Of a DNA stretch of 64,000 nucleotides, positions 1-13,544 are shown one piece after another. The translations under genes and the position numbers were made by a program. The notes under the pieces were generated by a model. That model was not told the origin of the DNA, made no database searches, and saw only the letters and a list, made by a program, of their open reading frames with translations. The stretch spans positions 1,302,001 through 1,366,000 of the forward strand of contig NC_092672.1 of NCBI RefSeq assembly GCF_964355755.1. Direction: 5' to 3'. The DNA comes from Antedon mediterranea. Lineage: Eukaryota > Animalia > Echinodermata. How positions within the stretch are numbered: the first letter of the stretch is position 1; each line of letters opens with the position of its first letter.

Positions 1-222
1 ATTATTTTCCAAAAAACGTCCAAAATTGCAGGGAAGGGGTCTTTAAGTCTCATTGGGTGTGGAGTTGTAAATTGTCCAGACACTGACTTCATTAAAAGTT
101 GAAAACAAATATTTAGAAAATAATGTTTTAATGTTACTTTTAACCTCAGAAATATTCTGGTTTCTTTGTTTGAGTAAATTTAACGTAACATTTCGTAATT
201 TTAAAATGTTTAAAACACTTAC

Positions 223-327
223 CTAGTTTCTGGGTTGTATCCAAGAATATAAAAGAAACAATTGCGATCAGCTTCAAAATCTTTTGCACTGTGGATGTCA
301 TTATAATGCTTCACGGTACATTTACCC
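223..327 (-). CDS. RERE: RERE coding exon 5 (105 nt), BAH domain end: (R)[34 protein letters not shown]
   Basis: Acceptor ttttccgtag, donor gtaagt; [12 protein letters not shown] motif. Confidence 0.93.
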
Positions 328-697
328 CTACGGAAAAATTGAACAAGTTAAAACCAATTGATCATTCCTTTTAGTACAATATTAAAGACGTTATTTCCAG
401 TAATTTACTGTCATGTTTACTAATGAAGTTATAAATGGAATAAGAATTTAAATTTCTACATAGTTATAACTGTATAAAGTTAAGTGTAGTGTAATGTTGT
501 AGTTATATTATCAAAGACTACTATATTTAATAAGACAATTTGGAAATTGGAGACAACTCTGGGATATATTGTTCCCTTGGGTTGTCAAAACTTGAATTTA
601 TATTTATTCATTAATTTTACTCAAGGCAACAGTTTCCCAGTAATGTGTTTTATAAAAGGATCTTGTCATAAAAAGTGTGTGACTTTCTGTAACTTTA

Positions 698-934
698 TAA
701 ACACACAGTGTAAGTCTCGGGCGTGTCAGATATAAACAGCTCACGGTTCTTACCTTAGTAAACACACAGTGTAAGTCTCGGGCGTGTCATATATAAACAG
801 CTCACGGTTCTTACCTTAGTAAACACACAGTGTAAGTCTCGGGCGTGTCAGATATAAACAGCTCACGGTTCTTACCTTAGTAAACACACAGTGTAAGTCT
901 CGGGTGTGTCAGATATAAACAGCTCACGGTTCTT
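698..934. repeat. 61-bp tandem repeat, about 3.9 copies, made of the 3' end of RERE exon 4 plus its splice donor
   Basis: Units start at 698, 759, 820 and 881 (taaacacacagtgtaagtctcgggcgtgtcagatataaacagctcacggttcttaccttag). Confidence 0.95.
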
Positions 935-972
935 CACCACAGGATCAGTGATAATAAGATCAAAACCAGAAT
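876..972 (-). CDS. RERE: RERE coding exon 4 (97 nt): (N)[31 protein letters not shown](R)
   Basis: Acceptor ttttttcag, donor gtaag at 875; [15 protein letters not shown] motif. Confidence 0.92.
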
Positions 973-1300
973 CTGAAAAAACACATCATGAATAATAAGA
1001 TTTATAGACCTAATGACAGGTGACAGACCTAATTTGCATATTTGCTACTTTAATGCATATCCTTAATTTGTATATGATATTTTCTGATTGTACCTTTTAA
1101 ACATGTGTCCACATGTGTACAAAATTCATGGTTATGAATTAATAAGATACCAATTTCATAGAAAAAAATCAGTTATGTTATAAAAAAAAAAAGAAGCTAA
1201 TTTGCATAATTACTGAATACTGAATACTATACATTCTGCAAGTTGTTCTCTTGTTGGAATGAAGAGGTCACACTCTAACTTAAATAAATCCAGTTCTTAC

Positions 1301-1406
1301 TATTTTCTGAGTGTCGATCTTGAACCAGCAGCTGATACACTGTCTCTGGTACTTCAACATGGCGATAGTACCACTTGGCTATCAAAATCACATTCTCACG
1401 TTTACT
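1301..1406 (-). CDS. RERE: RERE coding exon 3 (106 nt): [35 protein letters not shown]
   Basis: Acceptor gattctag, donor gtaaga; KWYYR..EVP..VYQ.LVQDRH motif. Confidence 0.93.
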
Positions 1407-1431
1407 CTAGAATCAAAAGACAAAATCTTAA

Positions 1432-1570
1432 AGCTCTGTCTACACTATCAAACAAGTATGATATGCCCAAATATGGTAATGATACAGTATGCCCAAATAT
1501 GGTAGTGATATGACATCATTATGTCCGTACTGTATATGGGCACATCACATTTTTTTGTCACATAAATTGA
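1432..1570. mobile_element. MITE family A copy (degenerate right end)
   Basis: Left terminus agctctgtctacactatcaaac after TAA; internal ccaaatatggtagtgatatg units. Confidence 0.75.
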
Positions 1571-2511
1571 TATTGCAGACATAATCATATTTTAGAGCTT
1601 ATAGTAAAAAGCAATGTTTGTGAAACCCTTTCATAGATAAACATTTGGATTATACAACTCATACATCACCACATCAGTGTCTCCAGAAAGACATTCACTT
1701 TTATTTTATAAAGAAAACAGAGATATTTTAGTATAATATCTTTATGAAGGAACCAACAACCAATGAAAGAAGATTTTAATTACCACAACACCACTATTTT
1801 AAATCAACTCTTCTCATAACAATAATATCACATTACCAATAGAAAGAGGACATATTTTGTAACCAATGATCAAGTTCTATTACAATTTAAACTAAACACC
1901 AACAATAGGATCAACAAACAAAGACAAGTCAATGATACATTTAACCTTCAAAAGAACAAAGAGCTAATATAAGAACCTGATGCAATGATTGGCATGCATT
2001 GTAATGGGTATCTATCACATTTCCACATAAATCCGCTAATTGTACACTTTTTACAACATGTCAACTGGTATTACTGTAGGCAGGTAGAAATTATTAGTGT
2101 ACATTGAAAGGACTGGTAAAAGATTAGATCCGTTAATTGCATTGTATTTGCTGGGATTGAATGATACAAAGCTCTTTATACTGTTTATTGACATTGATCA
2201 AATTGAGGAAATAGTTGAGGCAGAAAAAAACCAATGACTAAGAAATCTAAACGGTTATGTAAGTTTAAGCATAGTAAATTCTCTGTAAAATCAATTGATT
2301 GTGATTTCTCAATAATGTTATTACCATTTTTGGCATTAATTAACATTAACAATGATAACATTTTATGTAAAAGTCACTACAGTAAAGGTCTTTCACCAAT
2401 ATTTAATTTTTGAATTGAATGGTGTATACCCGCGTGGAGTGTCATGAAATGAACACTGTCATTCGATTTGATTAGTCGGCTCCGGAACCGTGCCAGAACA
2501 GGTGTGAAAGT

Positions 2512-2752
2512 GGAGTTGTGGCTTGGTGGTTATGATTCTTGGCTACCACTCCAAGGGTCCTGGGTTCAAGTCCTGTTACATGTCAGGATTTTTTCTAAGG
2601 ACAAAATTACAACTCCAGTTCCAAAGACTTGTAATAAGAGTTTGTTTATGTAGAGCATCTTGTGTATATGTTTGTCTTGTGAACCTCTGAGGGTCCCTAA
2701 TGATCAGCAATTGCTGGACGGATCACCCTCATTAAATATTGTTTAAAAAAAA
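2512..2752 (+). mobile_element. tRNA-derived SINE
   Basis: A-box tggcttggtgg (2519-2529), B-box ggttcaagtcc (2563-2573), non-tRNA body, A-rich tail; related fragments near 26965-27040 (+) and 6628-6660 (-). Confidence 0.65.
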
Positions 2753-2761
2753 GACCCTTAA

Positions 2762-3808
2762 CACTTTGACTGCCAAACACGAAGATCTTCGTTTTTGGAA
2801 ACACAACGCTTGACTGCCAAACACGAAGATCTTCGTTTTTCGCGTTTTTTTACGAAATCCGGTAGATAGGTTAATTATTGGTATATACTATAAATATGAA
2901 CACTATATTCGGTCTGGACCGTAAATATTTTACAATTTGAAAGTAACTAATCTGGTTTAGGAACGACTGTCAAAATGGTACCTGTCGAAATAACAAACAC
3001 CGCGCATCACAGTAGCGCGTAGAGCGATGGCTTGGCGCATTGTGTATCGGTCGTGCGCTAGCTATGCCGCCGAAGCATTACAAAGGTTTTTGTGGATTGA
3101 CATGTTTGTTTGTTATCTGAATAAAAAATAATGGAGTCATTTTCAATACGAAGTCTTTAATTTTATTATTGTATGTATACCCTAATTGTTTTGGTGTTTT
3201 ACTGAAAGTGACCGAGTTTCACGCAACAAACTTGTTTTGAAATGGTATGGATATTATCATCAGTTTACTATCTAGGCTAGTAGTACAAGGCTAGCCTAGC
3301 TTAGGCCTAGTCGTAAAACGGTTCCGGACCAACTTTAGGCCTGGTTAACTAGGCCTGGTGTCTTTACTATGTGGATTTTGGCGAAACATTGATGTAAGAT
3401 TTATGATTAATAAAATGTAATACATTTTTCGATAGTGATAACTTGTTTTTATAGGCCTATCGGTGCCGTGTAAGTAATTTTGTTGTTGTTTGTTGATCTC
3501 ACCGGGCGATATTTTCATATTGTGATGTCTTGCACAAAATCGCGAATATCTCGACTTTCTTACGCGAAACTACGAAAAACTCAAAAAGTGTGTTACTTTC
3601 ATTTTACTATTACGATTTACATATTGCGCTTTAAAAATCGTTCTTGGTACCATTGTAAAGCTAAAATCTTTGTGATTATTTTAGTCTAAATTACATATAA
3701 ATCAGATCACATACATGGTTTCAATCAGCTTTAATAAAAACATCGAATTGGGCTAAAAACGCTGGCGGTGGCAGTTTCTAACTGGAAAAACCTCTGGCAG
3801 TCAAAGTG
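2762..3808. mobile_element. Non-autonomous piggyBac-like DNA transposon (1047 bp)
   Basis: TTAA at 2758-2761 and 3809-3812; perfect 14-bp TIR cactttgactgcca / tggcagtcaaagtg; subterminal direct repeat ttgactgccaaacacgaagatcttcgttttt; no transposase ORF. Confidence 0.88.
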
Positions 3809-5228
3809 TTAAAGCTGGGTGAATAATTGCATTTTAAACAGATTTTAAATGTAAAAAAAAATTATGATTATTGAGATGTAATGTAAATAAACAGCTTCCT
3901 GCTAAGATCTACAATTAATCTGTCTTAGTTTTTTGATCGAACCTTTGATTACTAGTCAAAGGCCCGGCACCGTATTTAATAACCACAGCTGAATAAATAT
4001 TACAGTTCTAAATGTTCATGTTGTAGTTGACATCAGCATGTCTTATTATTAGATCTGTGATACTAGCGTTTATCATGCCACATCTATCTATTGAGGTAAT
4101 TACACCTGATAGCTATCAGAGTGGGGAGTCCTTTCAACATGTATCAAATCCTACGTTTAGGCTGCTACGAATAAAATTGGTTCAGTTTTCAATTACACTC
4201 CTGTTAATACACACCCCACGGTGCGCTATCAACATCCTAAATCAACGGCCAATGTTCACCCAAGCGTAACAACTTGGCCGATTTTAGTCTTGAAATAGGA
4301 AAAAGAACTAGTAACTAGACAAACAGGATAGTAATGTAAAGTGGATACATCTGTTCGGAGAAAAAACTAAAAATAACTATAATCTGTCAATGTGATATAA
4401 ATGTTACCGTAGACAAAGTATAGTTTTATAAACAATAATGATAAGTACAATACAGGGATTGTAACAAAATACTGAGATTACAGTAAGTTTTGCTGTTTTT
4501 ACAAGAAAATTGTACTTAAAATCAAAGTATAAAATAACACAAATTTAAATTCTACACTCTGGTTGTTGTGACACAAAGGCTGGACAAATACCAAAATCTT
4601 CCCAATCTAATTAACTGGCATCTGTATAAATGTAGATTTTAGACAAATATGTGCTTAATAATTCTGTGCTTCTGAAATTCTAACTAGAACCTACAGTAAC
4701 ATTAAAATGTTTGCATTACAAGTTTTATAACACACCTGATTGTATTTGGACAAATTGATTGGTTAATGCGAATCATGTGTTATTCGGCATTAGCTCTACC
4801 TAACAGAAAGGACCTGATGTTGAAACACAATGGTTTGTAATATAAACTCTTTATTATATTTTATGTTTATTTTTATATACCTCTTTATCAACTCAAACCT
4901 ATGATACTGTAGGACAATTTAATACAGTACCTATATTACCATGTTGGTAATGATTTTTCTTTTATGTTTTTGCAAACAGTTTAAGAACCTGTATCCGTCA
5001 TATATTGTATTGTTTTGATGTATTATGTTAAATTGGATGCACCACTTCTGTGTGTGCCACCGATGCAAAGGTGTCATTTCCTAATAAATTATTATTATTA
5101 CTAGAATCATTCCTCATGTTAAGATGAACCCTTGGATTAGAGCTTCAATAATTAACTTTATAACAGTCTTGCTAAGTCAGTAATTAACTAATCAACTACT
5201 TAACTGTCTAATCAAGTACTTAACCTAC

Positions 5229-5299
5229 CACTTTAAACTCTTGGATGGTTCCAATAAAATATGGAAGATCTGCTCGCTGACTGTCAATGAATACACTAT
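5229..5299 (-). CDS. RERE: RERE coding exon 2 (71 nt): (D)SVFIDSQRADLPYFIGTIQEFKV
   Basis: Acceptor tttttcag, donor gtaggt; matches the BAH start [25 protein letters not shown]. Confidence 0.92.
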
Positions 5300-5435
5300 C
5301 TGAAAAACATAATAAGAATAAATAATTAATACTCCAGAAATAAACAGTAAAAATGAACACAGAAATATTTTTTTGTATTAAATAACATTACAAACAAAAT
5401 ATACTGTAAACTCAATTTTGTTTAATGTTTTAATG

Positions 5436-5680
5436 ACTGTAGACCTCTATATACCTCTGTAGGCCTACTGTACAACTACTATAGACCTCTATATACCTCT
5501 GTAGTGTAAACCTACAACTACTGTAGACCTCTATATACCTCTGTAGTGTAAACCTACAACTACTGTAGACCTCTACAGTATATACCTCTGTAGGCCTACA
5601 ACTACTGTAGACCTCTATATACCACTGTAGGCCTACAACTACTGTAGACCTCTATATACCTCTGTAGGCCTACAACTACT
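5436..5680. repeat. Minisatellite, 37-42 bp unit, about 6 copies
   Basis: actgtagacctctatatacctctgtaggcctacaact repeated with small indels. Confidence 0.9.
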
Positions 5681-8251
5681 AGAAAAGTGTGTTTTTTGTT
5701 CTATGCTAGCTTATAATTAATGTACTTCACCATCTTTAATATTGTAAATACTGTACTCCCAGTACAATGTAGCCTATTGCTTCTTGCTGGTAAAACACAC
5801 TTTGGAAGAACTGTACTGTGTACTGTGTAGGCCTACAGCTCTCTAAGTGTTGTTATTTATTCAATTATTATACTGAAATACGTAACTAAAAAATGAATAA
5901 CAAACTACAATGCTATTATTTCAATTGATCTTATTGAACACAATGATGATTAAATGAAGTATGGTGCTGGTGGATACTCTGTGGAATTGTCTTAGCAATG
6001 AACGCCTTGGGTCGGTATTAACGGCACGCATTTAGCGTTTAGATGGGCTTTGTGATGGCTCTTCTTAAGTGCTCAAAACAAATTAAAATGTGTATACTAC
6101 GGTGATTATGATAAATAGATGCACTAGAAGAAAGTAGTAAAAATGATAACTATTTATTATAACGTCTACAGAAACTGTATTGTTAATTAAAGAATACATA
6201 AATAAATTATATTTTAAATAATATAAAATAACTTTTTCCTTTTTCCTATTATGAATATCCTAAATATTTTAAGAAGTCTCTGCTCAGTGGTGCATACAGC
6301 TTTAAAAGGTTGAAAGAAAAACTGTTACAAAATACTGATTTACTCAATATTAAGAATCAAACAATTTCCTATTCAACCTCGAGGGAAAGAACAGAAGACA
6401 AGTGTTGTTAACATGAACGCAAATCCCATCAGGACAAGATGTTAACGCAAAATAATATTTTGTATAATCAATATTTTTTATAATATTTCATACGCATCCA
6501 ACAGCAAGTAACTTGCCAATTACACAATGGACAAACTATTATTAATTTATTATTATAAACTCTCTTTTGAGGCTTATGGAGTGAAGTTGATAGAGTCATG
6601 AGTTTAACAACCCTGCCACTGTAAGTCAGGATTGAACCCTGGACCTTGGGATTGGAAGGCATGATATGATGACCTCAATCAATTTTACAATCCAAATTAT
6701 TTTATTTCACTCTACAAACCACCACAAACATTGATTAAAGTTGTAAGGCTACTGTACTAAAACATATTTAGAAATGATGGTGTGTAAAGATTTTACATAA
6801 TAGTGATATTTATGTATTTAGTTAACTTTATTCTACAAGGGTAGTTCTAACAGCTGTACTACAACAGTGAAGCTGACTTGAAGAGGAGTATAGTCGCTAT
6901 CTCGGGACCGTTCTATGGTTATCACCAGGAAGGCTTACTTCATCAAGGCTTCTATGAATGGGTGAAGAGTTGGGAGCAGGAAAACTAGACCATAGACCAT
7001 AGACCATACCCCAGGCCTTGTCTTTTAAGGCAAGTAAGAGCGATCACTCGCCTAAAACACTCCTAAACTGCCCTTGAGGAGTGCGATTTACAACACACCC
7101 TAATTTGGTAAACTTCTACAAATAAAAATACAAACAGCATACCTACAGCACCTCTGAATGTATTGAGGAGTGCAATTTGTAGCACACCTATGATTTTCAA
7201 AAGACAAGGCCTGATACCCAGTACCGTTTTGATTACGATCAATCGAGAAATTACCTCACGAGCCTGTACAGTAGATATAAACCTATATAGTGACAATTTT
7301 TCTTTTAAAAATACTGTGTTACTAATTTAAATTTCTTGTATTAAATTAAGGTGTTTATTTTACTACTTTAGAATATTCCAGTAATACTTTAATGGAATTA
7401 AGCTGTTGTACAGTATGTGGATTTGAAATTTATAGTTGAATCACATTCAGTATTCAAAACATAATTTTTTTTTTCCATAGTAATTCTTAAATCGGACAAT
7501 TTCTGTAGATTATTCATCCATAATTTGATTAGAACTAAAAACACTTCAACAAGAACTTGGCCTTGTCTTAAGCAGAAAAAACAACATTTTGAGCATGTTC
7601 AACGCTATACTATTCTTATTGAATTAAGCTGATCTTCCGGTAGGCCCCACTATGGTTGTCAGTTTATATTAACACCTTTGAACTGTTCAATTTACATACC
7701 ATTACATTGGCTTCCAACAGTCAGTTGGTATTTAATAAAGTCACCAGTAAAATACTATTAACAAATTTGAAGAATTATACTGTTGAACTTAGAACCAAGA
7801 TAATTCAATTCAGTAAAACTTTATTATTCCAAACTCTGAGAAAATTTAAATCATTAGAAAATATTCGCATACGATTTTATCATGCTTTTGTAACGTGATA
7901 TAAATACTTGATTGGGTAATTTAAAAATATTGATGATATAATATCCGTTATTAGTAATAATATAGTAATAGTAAAGCATCCCATACAGGTTTGTTTACAA
8001 AAAAGAAATGACGATGGTGGTTTGTGGGCAGGCTCCCACTTGAGGGTATACTTCATGGACTATACCATTTGTGGAGAGGGGAATTCAATGAAAACTTCTA
8101 CTTTTCGAGTTATATCTCACTCTTCGAGGAGAAGGGCTATTGTTGGTTTATCCAGGTAAGCTAGGCACGAAATAGACTAAATAATACCATGGAGGGAGTA
8201 ATATAGAAGAAGATGCTGTACACATAGTGCACTTTTATACACACACTGTAA

Positions 8252-8411
8252 AGCCTTGTCTACACTATTAAACTGTATTTGTCAAAAAAAGTTTGATGTG
8301 CCTATATATGGTAGTGATATGCTTAAATATGGTAGTGATATGACATCATCATGTCCATATATGGGCACATCACATTTTTTTGACACATAAAGTTTGATAG
8401 TGTAGACAGCT
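8252..8411. mobile_element. MITE family A copy
   Basis: TIRs ...gtctacactattaaact / agtttgatagtgtagacagct; two 21-bp internal units. Confidence 0.8.
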
Positions 8412-8454
8412 TTATACTGTAAAATATAAATAATATAGATTTGGCTCTTTGTAA

Positions 8455-8623
8455 AGCTCTGTCTACACTATCAAACTAGCTTGACTTGACAAAAAAAAGT
8501 TTATTGTGCCCAAATATGGTATTGATATGCCCAAATATGGTAGTGATATAACATCACTATATTCGTAAATGATGGGCACCTCACATTTTTGTTGTCACAT
8601 AAAGTTTGATAGTGTAGACAGCT
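8455..8623. mobile_element. MITE family A copy (PIF/Harbinger-like, TAA flanks)
   Basis: TAA-agctctgtctacactatcaaact ... agtttgatagtgtagacagct-TAA. Confidence 0.82.
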
Positions 8624-10487
8624 TAACAATAATTAAAACATCCATGAAAACACAAAAACACAATTGTATAAAACATGTACTGTACAATTAGGAAAGTTTA
8701 AAAACCACTGAACATCAACATTGTTGTTGTCAATGTCATACAGGACAACACAGTACAGTACAGTAGGCATGACCCTTGTAAGCCTCTGTAGTACAGTACC
8801 TTAGTGAAAATAAATAATATGGCTTTAAGAAGATGCAAGGTGCTTGAAAAAGCACACAAAGTAATTTAAGCGATAAAGACAGGAAGTTATCATTGAATGA
8901 ATAGCGTAATAGAGGCTGGCCGGCCGCAGCAGGAGGAAGGAGTTGAATACTACAACGTCGTTAATAAATGCAAACAGGAAGATGTTTCAACAAAAGATGC
9001 TCATTTTAAACGGAACAATTAAACAATGTGTAAACTGTTCATACAAATCATACAATCATTTTATAATCATCTGCTAATTGTTGAATGCTAATTGTTCTTT
9101 GTTCCTTGTATGTTTCACTTATAATTTTATTATTATTTAAACATAATAATTATTTTATTAACTTATGTAAAATCTTTACAATAATAATAATTGTACTAAA
9201 GAATTTAAGTTAATGAATAATTATGTTTCAAAAATGAATTTTTAATACTGTATTCTCTTTTATTTATTTTTTATTTCATTTCATACGCATCCAACATCGA
9301 GTAACTTTATTTTAAAATTTTGGATGGTTTATAATAATTTACAAAGAAAATAAAACAATTGAAAAAGAAAAGCCTAACATTTTTTCATAATTATTATATA
9401 GTGTACTATACTGTATTTTTAATACAGTTAATAGTTTCATACAAATTCAATTGAGAAATGTAGATATAGCAGATACTTGGGGAAAGTTTCCTGTTAAAAA
9501 ATATATCAAAGCTGATTTATTTTCCCCATCAGCAGCTTAGGGAGTCTCTTGGGAATTGCAGGCAAGTTGACTCAAATTGCAGTGAAACTGAGCTGATTTA
9601 CAATCAAATATCTAAAATTGGAAAAATTAAAATGTATAGTCTTAAAATAGCAAGCAATTGTACAGACATTACAAATAGTGTAAATGTAATAAAATTACAG
9701 TAGGTAAAAAAAAATAAAACAATCCACAATTTAATTTAATGAATTTTTTCTGAATTATTATAAAGTTATTTTATTTAAATAACTGGCAAAAGATCAAGAA
9801 ATAAAACTCTGCATGTACAGTAGCTTTTAAATTAAATTTTTTTATGAATATTAGTTCATTAAATGGTTCTTTGTGTACTGTGGAAAAAAAACTCAAAAAG
9901 TCCCAAAATGGTGTGAAAACAAGTGAAAAAGGTCTACAAAAAAGGAAGAAAGATGAATTTCAGCACCTAAACCGAAGTATGGGGATACACCCTCATCACT
10001 AACCACGACTATAGACAGCAATACACAACTCAATTTGAGTCAGTATGCTGTTCTTAAGTCTTAATTAAATAAAACACTTAAAAACAATGTACTCCGAAAT
10101 GATAACGCACACGATTGTGTTTACAATGCATAATCCTAAACTAAACCATGCAGGTAATTGTAGAAGGGACAAAGTCCAATAAATTACACCATGGATCAAT
10201 TATTCTTACAACACAGTAATAACATAATTAACTATGTAATAACAATTACCTCCATTAGTGATAAACTCAGGTATACATTAGATGTTTGTAAATAGATAGA
10301 TTTGTAAGATTGTAAATACAAATACACTTTGATTGTTCAGTGGATTATGATTACATTGACTACACATTCAAATGAATGGGCATGTTTAACAACGCTGTAT
10401 TATTAATGTTTGTCCCATGTTTTACGATTTCTTACAATCATACAGCGGCATAATTCGCCAACTCAGCATGTTTTGTCACAACTGTGG

Positions 10488-10886
10488 CTCTCCCACTGGG
10501 ACACGGAGGAAACCCCTCATCACCATAGCAACTCTCCCACTGGGACACGGAGGAAACCCCTCATCACCATAGCAACTCTCCCACTGGGACACGGAGGAAA
10601 CCCCTCATCACCATAGCAACTCTCCCACTGGGACACGGAGGAAACCCCTCATCACCATAGCAACTCTCCCACTGGGACACGGAGGAAACCCCTCATCACC
10701 ATAGCAACTCTCCCACTGGGACACGGAGGAAACCCCTCATCACCATAGCAACTCTCCCACTGGGACACGGAGGAAACCCCTCATCACCATAGCAACTCTC
10801 CCACTGGGACACGGAGGAAACCCCTCATCACCATAGCAACTCTCCCACTGGGACACGGAGGAAACCCCTCATCACCATAGCAACTC
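10488..10886. repeat. Perfect 44-bp minisatellite, 9 copies
   Basis: ctctcccactgggacacggaggaaacccctcatcaccatagcaa x9, no spacers. Confidence 0.97.
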
Positions 10887-13290
10887 AATCAACGCCTATA
10901 ATTCTTGTGAGTCACCTGTGTGTAACTGTAAGCTGTAATTGCAAGCCCTCTTTTCTATTCTGTAGTTTTAAAAATCACAGGGAGGTACAGTATCCATTGG
11001 GAAAGACAAAAGCTGGATGACAAAGACTAGGCTAAAGGCTGGATGACAAAGCCTAGGCTAAAGACTGGATGACAAAGCCTAGGATTAAGTAAATTGCTGG
11101 TCCATAATAACACACTTCCAAGAAACGCATCAATTGATATCCCTCACATTTCATTTCTGTTGCATCCAAAAAATGTTAATAACAGGAGTTGTAACTGTAT
11201 AAAGACAGTACCTAGTATTTACATTGTATACAGGTTGTGCCTTATTAAAGGGTCTTGTATGTAATAATAATACACTGATTGATGTATAAAAATGTACTGT
11301 ACGTTCCAGTACAGTACTCTACAGTAAAATGTACAAACACAATATAATTTATCACTCAGTTTTCAGTTATTATTGTACTTATGCCTAACTGTACAGTACT
11401 GTATGTAGTAATTGTGCACTACAGTAACCGAATTAATAATGCATTGTAAACATTATGAATGTTGCATTTTGACATTCATGATTAAAGTCTACAGTGTACT
11501 GTATGTAAAGATAGAAATTAGATATTGAGAACTTGACGCAATTTACTGTCTTCTCTCTCACCGTCGCCGTCGTCGTCTTCGCAACTAGCCGGTAATCTTA
11601 TCCACATCATCGTTGAATACTTAATTGCTATCGATGTAAAGCTGCATCGTTTCTTTCATGCTGTTTAACACTTTGACGCATCAAATAAACCTGTTAATGT
11701 TTATTGATACGTCCATATCAACTGTTAATTATGCATGCAGGACTGTGTGCATGTCTCCATTATAACACCGACCCAAACCTACTGTATGCTATCTTTTGTG
11801 ACTTAAAATGAGCAAATTGTCACCACTACTACAGTATACTCATTATTAACAACCATGACAATAGATAGAGTAGTCTATCTATCAGTAGTAGTACAGGAGT
11901 ACAGTAGTTTTGGACAAGAAAAAAACCCTGGTCTTGAGGAAAACAGACTACAATACTACTGTACATTTAATGTTTTTTTGTGTGTGTTATACAGTTACAG
12001 TACACTGTATTATTTGTATTATATATTATATTGCTTGCATTACTGATCACAAACTTGTGAAAGAACATATTTTTATTTTATGGTGAACGAGCTTTATATT
12101 CTGTACATACAGTACTAAAATTGTATTTTATAATTTCGTGAAAAAATAAAGATTTTGATTAATTGATTGACCTGTACATTGGCAAGCAAAATGGCAGAGA
12201 AATTCAATTCAACTTGATTAATTATACTGTATTATATCTAATGTTGTAAAAGCTCAAAATTTAAATCTATTCAAGTCACTCCTCAATGATGATCATTGGA
12301 AGTCCCTTGACTGCAAGTTTACTTTTACACATTTATAAACACTTTGGAACATTATGTGTACACCCGGAGCCCTAAGCATCTATATTTTGGTTATAAGAAG
12401 ACAGGAAGGGTCATATAAGCTATATTTAGCTTTCTAACCGACCCATAACATCAAGCAAGTATCAAGCAAGCAAGTATATAAAACAGAGAAAGATATACAA
12501 AGCATTATAAGACAAATTGAAGGGCTAATAAAAAGCACACCGGGTTTAGCATTGTACTGTTGTAGATAGATTGTTTATTATAAAGTTGAGCGGAATATAT
12601 CAGGACTTTACTTAAATTTTCACAAAAATCATACATAAATAAAACAATAAATAAAAGGTTGATCTTTAAATCATCATGATTAAAACAGGTGCTAAAATAT
12701 GATTAAATAATCATGATAAATATTCAAAAGAAATGATAAATATTGAAAGAAACCAAATATATTTAATTTCTTTGTTTGCACTGACTTTTAATTCTTTTAT
12801 TGAATGTATTCCAATGTCATCAATTAAAGTAACAATACAGTCCATGCATAATCAACATACAGTATAAAGTATAAAATGCAAGAAATGTTTTCTATAAAAA
12901 CAATTTACAGTACTGTACAATGCTAAACTATACTGTTCAAATCATCAACTACTGTATACATTTGGGAAAAGGATGATTGCAATATAAACATCAATTTGGT
13001 ACTAATTATCCTCTTTAATATTGTCATTATTTTAAAATTTTAAATACAAAGAATACGTTACCACAAGTCTGACTACTTAGCATATTGAACATTTTAATTT
13101 AGATGAAAGTGAGTGAATTAATGTGATTGTGATATGGATGCTGTTACATCACCATTGGATGCACTTACTCAAAACTGCCTCATTAAATAAAGGTACGCAT
13201 ATCAGCGCTATAGAGATTGCCTATTTATCTCTCTTTTCACACAGGCAGCTGCGTAAATTAGCTCGCAGCTTCACAACCTCATTTCCGTAA

Positions 13291-13304
13291 AGGTCAAGAG
13301 GTCA
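13291..13304 (+). promoter_or_regulatory. Perfect nuclear-receptor DR2 element AGGTCA-ag-AGGTCA in a RERE intron
   Basis: Sequence aggtcaagaggtca; function is inference. Confidence 0.35.
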
Positions 13305-13544
13305 TGTACTGAATGAGTGCTTACACTATACATTTGAAATGTAACAAAATGTTTTATAATTTTTTAAAGTTAAATGTAGAGAGAGAAAATAATATAGATA
13401 AAATTGTACATATATAAAATTATAAATGAATATTTAATATGTATTTCTACATGTAATGGTTATTGATGTTTTATTATTTAAAATATGCAGTTTTTTATAA
13501 AATAAAAGTGGGTAAAATCTCCACAAAAAAGGGGAAAAAATGTA

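Noticed and set aside
10488-10886. CRISPR-like array
   Set aside because: Units are identical and contiguous with no unique spacers; eukaryotic intron; no cas genes.
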